Shown: one piece after another, positions 20,764 through 30,387 of the stretch | How the letters are laid out: each line of letters begins with the position of its first letter | How positions within the stretch are numbered: position 1 is the stretch's first letter | NCBI GenBank assembly: GCA_965202615.1 | Contig: OZ241837.1 | Location: forward strand, 2,370,894 to 2,434,893 | DNA length: 64,000 nucleotides | Direction of reading: 5' to 3' | DNA from: Arenicellales bacterium | Lineage (GTDB): Bacteria > Pseudomonadota > Gammaproteobacteria > Arenicellales > JAJDZL01 | Made by a program: the position numbers and the translations under genes | Notes under the pieces: generated by a model | Databases searched by the model: none | The model's input: the letters and a program-made list of their open reading frames with translations, nothing else | Told to the model about the DNA's origin: nothing

Positions 20764-21218
20764 CCAATCTTGAGGTGATTGCCGCCCTGTTTCAGCAGAT
20801 TGACGAATAGCTGGAAGAATTGCGCGAGAAACACGACGCAGTCGGCAAAGATGATGAGCGCGATGGTGTAGCGCGCCAACAGATACTGAATGAGCAAGCC
20901 CTTTTTGTACTGGCGTGGGGACAGCTGTAAGCGGATATCGACGATGCGTGCCGCGCCGCAATCGAAATTGGGATTTCACACGATGACTGGCGACAACGAC
21001 GGACGTGGATCGTGTACAACGAGGACTTCGAGAGGCTGAGTTTCAAGAAACGTCTGACACTTGTTCTCGACCGGAGCAGTGATGAGTGGCGGAAGGCCGT
21101 GGAGCATCAAGAAGCCCGCAACCAGATTGCGCATGGCGACCTTTCCTACACAGGTATAGAATTTCCGAACTTGATTGAGGATTTTCGCCGCATTCAGTCT
21201 TCGCTCGTGCGGGAGTGA
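20760..21218 (+). pseudogene. HEPN-domain protein with two in-frame stops
   Basis: One frame from GTG 20760 with TAG 20808 and TAA 20928. Contains the RNQIAHG (RxxxxH) motif. Confidence 0.7.
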
Positions 21219-21888
21219 GCAAGCGGGCAGGATCTAGTTGTAGGTTGCGATGGTGTCGGATTCTCACGGGAGGAGCACCAAGACCCGTTAGCCGATGCCG
21301 CCGCACAGGTGATGTCGTTCCGGTTTGCCAATTGCCCTAATCCGAAAATAGAGCTCACGAAAAAGGTAAAAGCCTTGTATAATCAATCAATTATAACAAC
21401 AATGAATATCACCCAATGGGTGACAAATCTCAAGATATATACAAGGCTATGAACATTGTAAACTACAAAACCTCCGACAGCAGTCACACCAGCAATTCGA
21501 ATTATTGAATTAAGGGTTCACCGTCAACTCCAAGTGAGTAATTTTTCAGTTCGTCAGTTAGATTTTCTTAAGCGTTATTTGACCCCTAAGGCGGCGAAAA
21601 AGCCTTGGCGATGGGACGCGCCTCCGGGTAAGCGATTTGTATCAGAAGATCGCACCAGTTATCAAAGTACCACCATTCGGTCAACACGTCCATGGTGTAG
21701 AAGAATCGTTTTCTGCGCGAGCATCTCTGACGGGCTTTATACCAAAGTGCGCACAATTGATCACAGGCCCCATGGAAAGCGAATGCGATCAGATTGAGCG
21801 TCAGCAATGTGTTCGCCAATCCGTTGTCACCGTGTCCATAGCAGTGTTCGATGTTATAGCCCTGGTTCTTGAGCAGGTTAAATCCCTC

Positions 21889-21986
21889 TAATGTTGACAG
21901 AAAAATAATGTTGCAAGTTTGATCCAACTCCCCGCTGCAACTGCGGATCCGTCAAAAACTCGCAACATAATATTTTGCATTGGACT
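21889..21986. repeat. RIT left inverted repeat (98 bp)
   Basis: Exact reverse complement of 25223-25320. Contains TAATGTTG twice and CAACATAA. Confidence 0.95.
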
Positions 21987-22032
21987 GTGTCATCATGGTT
22001 GTTTTTCTGATATTCACTATGGAGAATCAACC

Positions 22033-23286
22033 ATGTTTGAAGACCTTTTCACACGTGTAGCCACGATTTCCGAGTATCGGTCACTACCGATGCTTGATGA
22101 ACGTTTGCGCTACCTTTCTCATTGCAAAGATCATGGCGCGCCAAAATACACGTTGCGCGCCATCGCGTTTAATCAACGATATCTGATTGATGTTCTTGGC
22201 TGGTCGGATGAAACAACGCAGATTGATTACTCCCAGGTGGAAGTCGCTGCGCGAGAATGGGCCCGACCCAGATCACATCGTCAATACCGTCACGCGGCAC
22301 CCAGAAAGATCAGGGACTTCATGAATCGCTCGCTCAGATGGCTGCGGTTCATGGACAGATTGACAGAGCTGCCGACACCTGCTCACCGCTACCAGGAACA
22401 GATTGGAGAATTTGAAGCGTGGATGGAACACGAATGCGGATACTCTCAACAAACCATCGCATTTACCGTTCGCGTCACAAAGCACCTTGTTGATGCGCTT
22501 GAAAAACGCGGCATTGCACTGGATTCGGCAAACATCGAACAGATCGAGCAGATTTTAGCGAATGATCAGTCTGTCAGTCAGCGCAGTGCCGTAACCACTC
22601 TTGGATATGTGTCCCGCCTACGTGTTTTTTTTCGATTTGCGGAACAAAAAGGATGGTGTAAAGCAGGAATTTCAAAGGGCTTGGCAGCTCCTCGACATTA
22701 TCCCCGGGAGACGGTGCCCAAAGGGCTTGACCGCAAAGAAATCAATGATCTGCTTGCCGCCACTGAAGGTGACAACCCATCGAAAGTGCGCGACCGGGCG
22801 ATTCTAATGATTCTCATCACATATGGGTTGCGTGCCGGTGAGCTCAGCGCTTTGAAACTCGATGATATTGACTGGCATAACGACACATTACGAGTGTTCT
22901 GTCCCAAAACCGGAGCCACCCAGAATTTTCCGTTATCCGCCAGTGTCGGAGAGTCGATTGTTCAATATGTCTGTCACGTTCGATTTCCTTCTCCCCATCG
23001 AAATGTCTTTCTAACCCTGCACTCACCGTGTCGTCCACTTGACGGAAAGATTCTCAGCGCGATCGTGGCTCGCAGAATGAAAGAAGCTGGAATTTCTGGC
23101 AGACGCAACGGCACCCACGCACTGCGACATACAACCGCCCAACATCTGCTTGATAACGGTTTTTCGATGAAAGCGGTCGGTGATTATCTCGGTCATCGCA
23201 GCATCAACACTACATCAATCTATGCGAAGGTTGACCTGAAAACGCTTCGTGAAGTGGTCGAAACGAACTTGGAGGTGCTGCAGTGA
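22033..23286 (+). CDS. Tyrosine recombinase RitA
   Basis: YGLRAGE, HALRH and LGHRSINTTSIY motifs. RBS GGAG precedes ATG 22033. Confidence 0.92.
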   Translation: MFEDLFTRVATISEYRSLPMLDERLRYLSHCKDHGAPKYTLRAIAFNQRYLIDVLGWSDETTQIDYSQVEVAAREWARPRSHRQYRHAAPRKIRDFMNRSLRWLRFMDRLTELPTPAHRYQEQIGEFEAWMEHECGYSQQTIAFTVRVTKHLVDALEKRGIALDSANIEQIEQILANDQSVSQRSAVTTLGYVSRLRVFFRFAEQKGWCKAGISKGLAAPRHYPRETVPKGLDRKEINDLLAATEGDNPSKVRDRAILMILITYGLRAGELSALKLDDIDWHNDTLRVFCPKTGATQNFPLSASVGESIVQYVCHVRFPSPHRNVFLTLHSPCRPLDGKILSAIVARRMKEAGISGRRNGTHALRHTTAQHLLDNGFSMKAVGDYLGHRSINTTSIYAKVDLKTLREVVETNLEVLQ

Positions 23287-24233
23287 AACTTCGAGAGGCC
23301 ATTGATCTTTATGTCGCATGGCGACAGCTCAACGGGGCGTTATTCCAGAACAGTGCGCTTATGCTCTATCGATTCTGCCGCACATTAGACGTCGGCATTG
23401 AATGTGATGCTGTCACCCGGCAACAGGTTTGCAGATTTCTGAAGGGCAACGGTAAACTGACCCGTTCCCGTGGTTATCGCTACGTTACTTTAGCCGGCTT
23501 TTTCGACTACGCCGTTATTCGCAGTTATGTCTCCAGTTCACCCATGCCGGTGCGCGGTGAAGAACCCCGGTCTCCGGATTCTCTGCCGCCGTATGTCTAT
23601 ACCCGCGATGAAGTGGAAGTGCTGTTTCGCGCGGCAGAGACTTTTCACAGACGCGAATGTCAACTTGACAGCCTGACCTTCAGCACTCTGCTACGGTTGC
23701 TTTACGGCACTGGCCTGCGGGTCGGTGAAGCAATCAGCCTGACACTTGCAGATGTGGCGCTTGATGCCGCTGTCGTGACGGTGCGCAATGCGAAATTTTT
23801 CAAAAGCCGGCTCGTTCCGATCGACAGCAGCCTGGCCGAAAAATTGGACCGCTATCGGAAGCAGCGCACACTCCGACCACTACCCAACGGTGAAGAGTCC
23901 ACTTTTCTCGCCTACAGTGACGGTAGTCCTTTGATCTACAACACTGTATACGGTGCTTTTTGCAAACTGCGAAATCAAATCGGACTTAACGAAACGAATG
24001 ACAATGGACGCGCACCCTGTCTTCATGGCTTGAGGCACGCGTTCGCGGTGCATCGATTGACCGCATGGCATCGGGAAGGAGCCGATATTCAACGACTGTT
24101 GCCAGCACTGTCAACCTGCCTTGGCCACGCTGATTTGGAAGGAACTCGGGTCTATCTGACCATGACTCCTGAGCTTTTACAAACCGCATCTGAAATTTTC
24201 GACCGTTATATCAATGGAGAACAAAATGGCTGA
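23283..24233 (+). CDS. Tyrosine recombinase RitB
   Basis: TGLRVGE, KFFKSR, HGLRHAFAVHRL and LGHADLEGTRVY motifs. Confidence 0.92.
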   Translation: MKLREAIDLYVAWRQLNGALFQNSALMLYRFCRTLDVGIECDAVTRQQVCRFLKGNGKLTRSRGYRYVTLAGFFDYAVIRSYVSSSPMPVRGEEPRSPDSLPPYVYTRDEVEVLFRAAETFHRRECQLDSLTFSTLLRLLYGTGLRVGEAISLTLADVALDAAVVTVRNAKFFKSRLVPIDSSLAEKLDRYRKQRTLRPLPNGEESTFLAYSDGSPLIYNTVYGAFCKLRNQIGLNETNDNGRAPCLHGLRHAFAVHRLTAWHREGADIQRLLPALSTCLGHADLEGTRVYLTMTPELLQTASEIFDRYINGEQNG

Positions 24234-25224
24234 TATACAAAAACTGTCTGCGTGGCTGACGCGGTTTTTCACCGACTTCGTCAGCTCCGAGAGAAATTAC
24301 TCGATCAATACCAAACGCAGTTACCGCGACACTTTCATCATACTTTTACCCTACGCAAAGACAAAGGTCCGCAAATCACCAGAGAATCTGTCGGTTACGG
24401 ACCTGAGCCCCAAACTCGTGCGTTCGTTTCTCGATCATGTTGAGGCTGAACGCGGCTGTTCGGTGGAGACTCGCAACATACGGCTTGCCGCGATTCGCTC
24501 ATTTGCTCGTTTCGTCAGTTCCCGAGAACCGGCTTATAGCGATTGGTGCGCTTCGCTTTGTGCCATCGGAACCAAAAAAACGATTCGACAAAAACCGCTG
24601 GACTGGTTCTCGAAAGAGGAAATGGAGGCCATCTTTCAGGCTGTTGACACCAGCAAGCCTCAAGGTAAAATCGAACATGCGCTTTTGGTATTTCTTTTCA
24701 ATACCGGTGCACGCGTCTCTGAAGCTATTGAGGTGAAAGTAAGTGATTTGCAGCTGCATCAAAACAGCAGCCGACATGCGATTGTTACGTTGCATGGCAA
24801 AGGAGGCAGAGTGCGGCAGTGCCCAATTTGGCCTAAAACTGCCGAATTGCTGGCCGGACTGATTGAAGACAGAGTCGAGACCGACCCTGTCTTTGTAAGT
24901 CAGAGACGCCAGCCTTATTCTCGATATGGCGTGTATCGTCTGGTACAACGCTGCAATGCGAACGTACCATCGCTTTCAGGTCGTCGGATTACACCTCATT
25001 CCATCCGGCATTCATGCGCCTGCAACCTGCTCAAATCCGGTGTTGATTTAAATACGATCCGAGCCTGGTTGGGTCACGTCAATTTGAATACAACCAACAT
25101 CTACGCACAAGTTGACATGGAATTGAAACTGCGGGCAATGCAGCATTGCGAAGCTGTGACGACACAACAGCCAAAGTCATGGAAGCAGGACGATCGAGTG
25201 ATGGACTTCCTTCATTCTCTGTAG
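24226..25224 (+). CDS. Tyrosine recombinase RitC
   Basis: SYRDTF, NTGARVSE, HSIRH and LGHVNLNTTNIY motifs. Confidence 0.92.
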   Translation: MADIQKLSAWLTRFFTDFVSSERNYSINTKRSYRDTFIILLPYAKTKVRKSPENLSVTDLSPKLVRSFLDHVEAERGCSVETRNIRLAAIRSFARFVSSREPAYSDWCASLCAIGTKKTIRQKPLDWFSKEEMEAIFQAVDTSKPQGKIEHALLVFLFNTGARVSEAIEVKVSDLQLHQNSSRHAIVTLHGKGGRVRQCPIWPKTAELLAGLIEDRVETDPVFVSQRRQPYSRYGVYRLVQRCNANVPSLSGRRITPHSIRHSCACNLLKSGVDLNTIRAWLGHVNLNTTNIYAQVDMELKLRAMQHCEAVTTQQPKSWKQDDRVMDFLHSL

Positions 25225-25351
25225 TCCAATGCAAAATATTATGTTGCGAGTTTTTGACGGATCCGCAGTTGCAGCGGGGAGTTGGATCAAACTTGCAACA
25301 TTATTTTTCTGTCAACATTAGAGGGATAATGTGCGACGCACATTATCCCTC
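25223..25351. repeat. RIT right inverted repeat plus terminal palindrome GAGGGA-TAATGTGCG-A-CGCACATTA-TCCCTC
   Basis: Read directly: IR at 25223-25320 and palindrome at 25321-25351. Confidence 0.95.
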
Positions 25352-26420
25352 ATTTTCACAGCGCCACCTTGCGCGTCCGCAAGCGACGATTTCAGCGACC
25401 GTGTCAGCGGTGGGTTTTATCGAAGTGATAAAGCGGAAGACTGAGCCTTTGGATTTGCTGCCGACGCTTTTAATGCACAGTTCCGCATAGTAGACTTCAA
25501 GCGCGTCTTTTTGTGCGGTCAGCGGCAGTTTGTAATTCGTCCAGCGGTAATGAAATTCCTTGTTCGGTGATTTGCGCCCCGGTGTTCTTTTAAGGACGGT
25601 TCGGTTCGGCCAGTCAATGCCGTTGAGGTAATCGAACAGCGTTTTGTGGTCGTTGACTTTGACCCGGAAGATAAACTGCGCACCGGACTCAATGACCTTC
25701 TCACACATCGGCTGTTTGGCATACAGATCATCGCCCAGATAAAGTGGATTGAGATCTGAGTAGCGTTTTGCATTTTCATCGAACCACCGATAAGCGGCCT
25801 TGGTTTCACAATCCTGTTTTTTATCGCCATCCTGGGGGGAGATGAACTCGGGCCGAAGCGGCACCGCAAAGGGGTGGTCGGGACCGACCAGCACTGCCGC
25901 CAGCACACTGTGGTAGTATTCGGTGTATTCATCCTCAGTGTCTTTGTTTTTCACTCGCCACTGACACTGATTACAGTGAATCTTGCGAGAGTTATGGAAC
26001 TCGGTTCCGTCCAGTGCGATCAGTGTGTGATTTCCGAGCACGGTGAAAGGCCGAAGTTTTTGAAATTGTTTGAGTTTGTCAAGTGCGATGTCAAAGCCAT
26101 CATAGATTTCGGTGCACTCAATGCGATCCAATTGTTTTCGAATGTGAGTGTCGGTGGGCAGTTGCTCAACGCCAAACAGTGAGCCGCAGGCGTTTTTGCC
26201 ATTGACCCGGTGAAAGGCGCGCTGGTGATCCAGAAACGACGGCGACTGAACGAAGAATGCTGAAAATGCAGACATCAGAATGTCGCGGAAACGGTATTGC
26301 TTGTTCTGGCCGTTGCGGGGGTCGCCGACCGTGGCGAACAGCTCTCCAAGCGAACCGATCAGCGCCTCGGCAAGCAGTGTTTGACCCCGCTTAATGATCC
26401 CCATTGCAGGTCCTTTGTAC

Positions 26421-27143
26421 TTATGCATCGTTGCATTCCTGCGCTTCAGCCGCCATGATCTCTGCCAGCACTGCGACTCTTTCCTTGTGCGGCATTGCGC
26501 GGTAACGCCGTCCCCAGTTTTGCGCCTTGCGCCGGATGCGCTGGCGGTCGGTGAAATTGCGACCCGCATAGCGACACCAGTGCACCCGGTCGGGCGTGAA
26601 GTTGAACCACACCCTTTCGGTCACCACCCCGGCCTGGTTCATCACCTGCAGCGCCAGGGTGTTCCAACCCGACAGCAGGTCGTCATAAAGCTCACAGCCA
26701 TAACCGGAGATCATCACCTGGCAAGGCAGCGACTTCAAGATCTCAAGCAACTCGACATGGTCCTGGTCCTCGTAGTCGTAACGATAGCGATAGCGCTGCG
26801 GGTCTTTGCGGGTGCTTCGCACATAAGGCGGGTCGGCGTACGCCAGTTCTGTGCCGTCCCAGTCAAAGCTTTTCAGATAGTCATGACAGCATCCGTGAAC
26901 CAGCTCGACCGGATAGTCACAGCTGAAGTTGGTAATGGCACGGGCATCCGCATCAATGCCGATGTTTCGAAGCGCCGGCGGCTTCCTCTGCATGATCTTG
27001 CCATTGCCCAGGTGCAACTCCAGATAGGTTGCGTGCGGCGGCATCAAAGCGATCAGAGGCTGACACAATCCACTGGTGGCCTTGGAGCCGAAAAACAGGT
27101 TGCCCATGAAAAAAGTTCCGTCCCTGGTGTCGAATTGATGCAA
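26421..27143 (-). CDS. DNA adenine methyltransferase (Dam/D12-like) inside the IS
   Basis: GSK..., YLELHLGNG (motif I variant) and YADPPY (motif IV). Start may be 27107. Confidence 0.85.
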   Translation of the reverse strand: MHQFDTRDGTFFMGNLFFGSKATSGLCQPLIALMPPHATYLELHLGNGKIMQRKPPALRNIGIDADARAITNFSCDYPVELVHGCCHDYLKSFDWDGTELAYADPPYVRSTRKDPQRYRYRYDYEDQDHVELLEILKSLPCQVMISGYGCELYDDLLSGWNTLALQVMNQAGVVTERVWFNFTPDRVHWCRYAGRNFTDRQRIRRKAQNWGRRYRAMPHKERVAVLAEIMAAEAQECNDA

Positions 27144-29441
27144 ATATTAGCACCGTGAGTCTATATTGTCAAGTGCCGAGGGCAAAAAAACGGACAGAGA
27201 CAGGTGGGAAATGCCTCGAAACTGGCATCGCGAACGAAATTCAGCGATTTTTAACCGTCAATTGGGCGGCTTGAGTGGAAAAAGTGAATTTGCGGCTGGC
27301 TTGGTATTTTCCTGAAGACGAAAATAGGATCATTAATACAATGACTTGCAAATCGTCTGCCGTCGCACGCCTACAAAATCAAGCCATAATTCGAATTGCT
27401 GCAGTCACACCTTGACCTCCCGCACCGGCCTGGTGGTGCTCGGTGAGCTTCTCAAGCGCTTGAAGCTGAACGATCTGATCGAGCGGCTGATGCCTAAAGC
27501 CCAGCGCAACCGTGCTTATCGGTCCAGTACCGTTTTCAACACTTTCATGCTGATGCTGCATGAAGGAGCCAAGTGTCTCGACGATGTGCGTCTGTTACAG
27601 CAAGAATCCGCACTGATGGGGATGTTAGGCATCAAGCAGTTGCCCAGCGCCCACACCCTGGGCAACTGGTTGCGTGCTGTGGGTTCAAATCAAGGCGCCA
27701 TGCGGGCGCTGGACGAAGTCAACCGACAGTTGCTCAAAGCCGCGTTGCATGGTCGCAAGAAGGTGGTGCTTGATATTGACGCCACCGTCATTGAGGCACA
27801 CAAAAAGGATGCCAAGTACACCTACAAGAAACACCCGGGGTACGTTCCGATGGTGGGACATATAGCCGAGACCGATCAAGTGGTGGCGACTGAGTTCCGG
27901 GCGGGCAATGTGCCGCCGAACAAAGCGAATCTGGAATTCATCCAGCGCTGTGAGCAGGCGTTGCCGGAGGGGGTGTCGGTGAGCCGGGTGCGAATTGATG
28001 CGGCGGGCTACCAGGCTGCCCTGATCAATTATTGTGAGGGCAATGACATAGGCTTTGCGATTCGGGCCAAGATGGATAAGTCGCTCAAGGAGTCGATGAC
28101 TGCAATCAAGGACTCGCAGTGGCAGGCGCTGGTTCGATCAGACGGTTCGGTGAGTGAGACCGAGGAGGTGGCTCGCACCTTGCATACGATGGTCGAAACC
28201 GAGCTGGCATTCACAGTGGTGGTTCAGCGTCAACTGATCGGTGAGTCGGAAAAAGACCCGCAACAGGACTTGTTGCCCGGATTGCTGGGCGATGTGGATG
28301 AAGAAAGTGCCAGTTGTGGCGTGTACATGTACCGGGCGATTGCCACCAATCTGGACGGGGATAAATTGACTGATCATGAGGTGGTGCAGTTTTACAACCA
28401 GCGCGCTGACGCATCCGAAAATCGCATAAAAGAGCTGCGCAGCGACTTTGCCGGCGCCCATCTGCCGTGTAGCGACTTTGATGCCAATGGGGCTTATTTC
28501 AAGCTGTCTGCGATAGCCTATAACCTGTGGGCACTGATGCGTATGATCCTGCCTGTGAAATGGGAGCGATGCCGCGCTACAACGGTGCGCTATCGTTTGT
28601 ATGCGAGTGCCGGGCAGATCGTTCGTCATGCGCGTCAATGGACGCTAAAACTCAATGCCAGTCGAAGAGGTCAGATCGAGGAGGCCATCTGGTCGATCCG
28701 CAACTGTGTTCTGACATGAGACAGCCGCCTTCGGCGGCCTCTGTTCAATCCAGTCGACTCAATTCCTGGCGTTCGGAAGGACTCGTCACGTCTTGAACAC
28801 CGTTGCCTGCCTGTCATTACCTGGTTAATCCGCTGCGATCAGTTTCAGGGGTGCCGAATCACGCTGATTTCTCCTGCACAGGTGAAACTCAGACGAAATC
28901 AACCTGGCAAATCGTTGCCGATCACGGTAGCGACCAATTGATGGCCTCCTAATTTCGGATTACGGAATTGAGACAGCAAGAATCTGGCTGGCCTCATATG
29001 GTATTGAGTTCTATGCTCCAAGTTCAATTGAACTGTCGCTCTGACAAATGAATGGAGAGTTAGATTACTGACTCCGAATCAATACTCAAAATCAGATTCA
29101 TCAAATAAATATGCCGGATTTGCCGACATGATTAAACACCTTGGAAAAAATCGACAAGTGTTCTGCCAGAGGCAAATTACCGAAGCCAGGAGTTCCCGAA
29201 ATTTGAGTAATTTCGGTTGAATTTTTTGTATTCCAGATGCTACATTATGAATTAACATAGCCGTCACGCCTCTTAACAATGCGTAACTTGACGGCTTTTT
29301 TGTACTTCAAGACCTCTCGGCGCTTGAAAACTACACAAAACCTCCACTTCTATATCTTCTAATTTGACTTGATCGAACATCATCTATTCAGGTCGCTTCA
29401 ATAATGCAAATTTCCAACTTGTTCACAGCTAGGGAGGCACT

Positions 29442-29655
29442 ATGAAAACAAGCGACTTTATCCAAATTTACGATAGTCTACATCAATCGTCACTCGAAAA
29501 CTTCGAGTGTACGGTTGAATAGGCTTTGCCTTAGCGGTTACATCGTTCCATGGTTTGGAGATTGCGACCTCGACAAGGTTAACCGCACGCAGGTTGTTGA
29601 GCTTCATTCGCGATTTCAATCTCACCCTTACATGGCCAACAGTACAATGCCGTAG
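29442..29655 (+). pseudogene. Tyrosine integrase N-terminal (SAM-like) remnant
   Basis: AGGGAGG RBS. Frameshifted MKTSDFIQIYDSLH / SKTSSVRLNRLCLSGYIVPWFGDCDLDKVNRTQVVELH...PYMAN resembles an integrase core-binding domain. Confidence 0.6.
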
Positions 29656-29724
29656 GCTGGAGATTCATTTGACAAAGTGCCACTTTTCATCAATCGGGGC
29701 CGAACCGCTCCATTGGCGGTTGAT

Positions 29725-29770
29725 TGGTGCCGGTGAGAGGACTTGAACCTCCGACCTGCCGATTACGAAT
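29725..29770 (-). pseudogene. 3' half of tRNA-Thr(CGT), att-site remnant
   Basis: Minus strand reads ATTCGTAATCGGCAGGTCGGAGGTTCAAGTCCTCTCACCGGCACCA. No D-arm or 5' acceptor strand upstream. Confidence 0.85.
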
Positions 29771-29800
29771 TAGTCGATTACCATGAAGAGGAACATTTTC

Positions 29801-30106
29801 ATGAGAGAACCGATTCATCCAGGTGAGATACTGCGCGACGATCTTGACGCTCTCAATATGAGTGCGTCGGGGTTGGCTCGACAACTTAATGTGCCAAGCA
29901 ACCGTATCACACAGATTCTGAATGGCCAACGCTCAATAACTGGTGACACCGCTCTGCGACTGGGCCACTTCTTCAGTACGTCAGCCCAGTTTTGGCTCAA
30001 CCTCCAGGCGCTCTACGAACTGCGGTGCGCGGACCAGAAAAATGGAATGAGCATTGCCCGGCTGCCAACCCTGGAATCCAGTAGCGGTCTGAAAGCACCT
30101 GAATAA
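29801..30106 (+). CDS. higA: HigA antitoxin (XRE HTH)
   Basis: PIHPGEIL, ITGDTALRL and FWLNLQ motifs. Confidence 0.92.
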   Translation: MREPIHPGEILRDDLDALNMSASGLARQLNVPSNRITQILNGQRSITGDTALRLGHFFSTSAQFWLNLQALYELRCADQKNGMSIARLPTLESSSGLKAPE

Positions 30107-30387
30107 AAAGTCTGCGATACGATGATGACGGAAAAGATCTTGATCGTCGCAACATTCGTAAGTTCGACCCCGACCGGCAGTCGATACTGATTGCAAGGCG
30201 CACCACATCGCGCACCATGCGCTTTGTGCTCCTCCAATGAGAATGAGAGCAACCGTGCATATCAATGATCCAAAACCAAATTTGCCTTCCTGAATGGAAT
30301 GATCTTCCACCTTGGAGCAATTTGCGAACCAATTACGAAATCTATCGGTAAGATATTGATTCAGAATAATCAAATATATTTCTGTAA

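Larger units (their letters stand above)
21889..25345 (+). mobile_element. RIT (recombinase-in-trio) element
   Basis: Three overlapping tyrosine recombinase genes, 98-bp perfect terminal IRs, and a 6-bp flanking direct repeat TCCCTC. Confidence 0.92.
21586..26428 (-). pseudogene. ISNCY-family DDE transposase split by the RIT element (26428-25346 joined to 21882-21586)
   Basis: DPR, IALDGT and LGDDLY motifs. RARWRCENEG|FNLLKNQGYNIEH rejoins across the TCCCTC duplication. Confidence 0.88.
21490..27401 (-). mobile_element. ISNCY-type IS carrying a DNA methylase passenger gene (about 2.45 kb when empty)
   Basis: Perfect 16-bp IR CAGCAATTCGAATTAT (21490-21505 and 27386-27401). 9-bp target duplication CAGTCACAC (21481-89 and 27402-10). 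Confidence 0.88.
21449..28719 (+). pseudogene. IS1380 transposase split after codon 13 (21449-21489 joined to 27411-28719)
   Basis: MNIVNYKTSDSSH|TLTSRTGL joins in frame across the 9-bp duplication. LDIDAT, RIDAAGY and ENRIKELR DDE motifs. Confidence 0.88.
21335..28965 (+). mobile_element. IS1380-family element (about 1.7 kb when empty), interrupted by nested elements
   Basis: IRL CCCTAATCCGAAAATAG and IRR 28949-28965 match at 15/17. 5-bp target duplication AATTG at 21330-34 and 28966-70. Confidence 0.88.

Noticed and set aside
26394-27158. 254-aa plus-strand ORF
   Set aside because: Antisense shadow of the methylase gene with no motifs.
27346-27410. Alternative N-terminus making the IS1380 transposase look intact (457-aa ORF)
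   Set aside because: The TTG start lies inside the ISNCY end. The true N-terminus is at 21449.
29725-29800. Functional tRNA-Thr gene
   Set aside because: The 5' half (acceptor 5' strand and D-arm) is absent.
30154-30217. ATTCGTAA (inverted copy of the anticodon-loop core) and a GCGCACCA direct repeat as a second att or arm site
   Set aside because: These are only 8-bp matches in the wrong orientation for attL/attR and cannot be told from chance.
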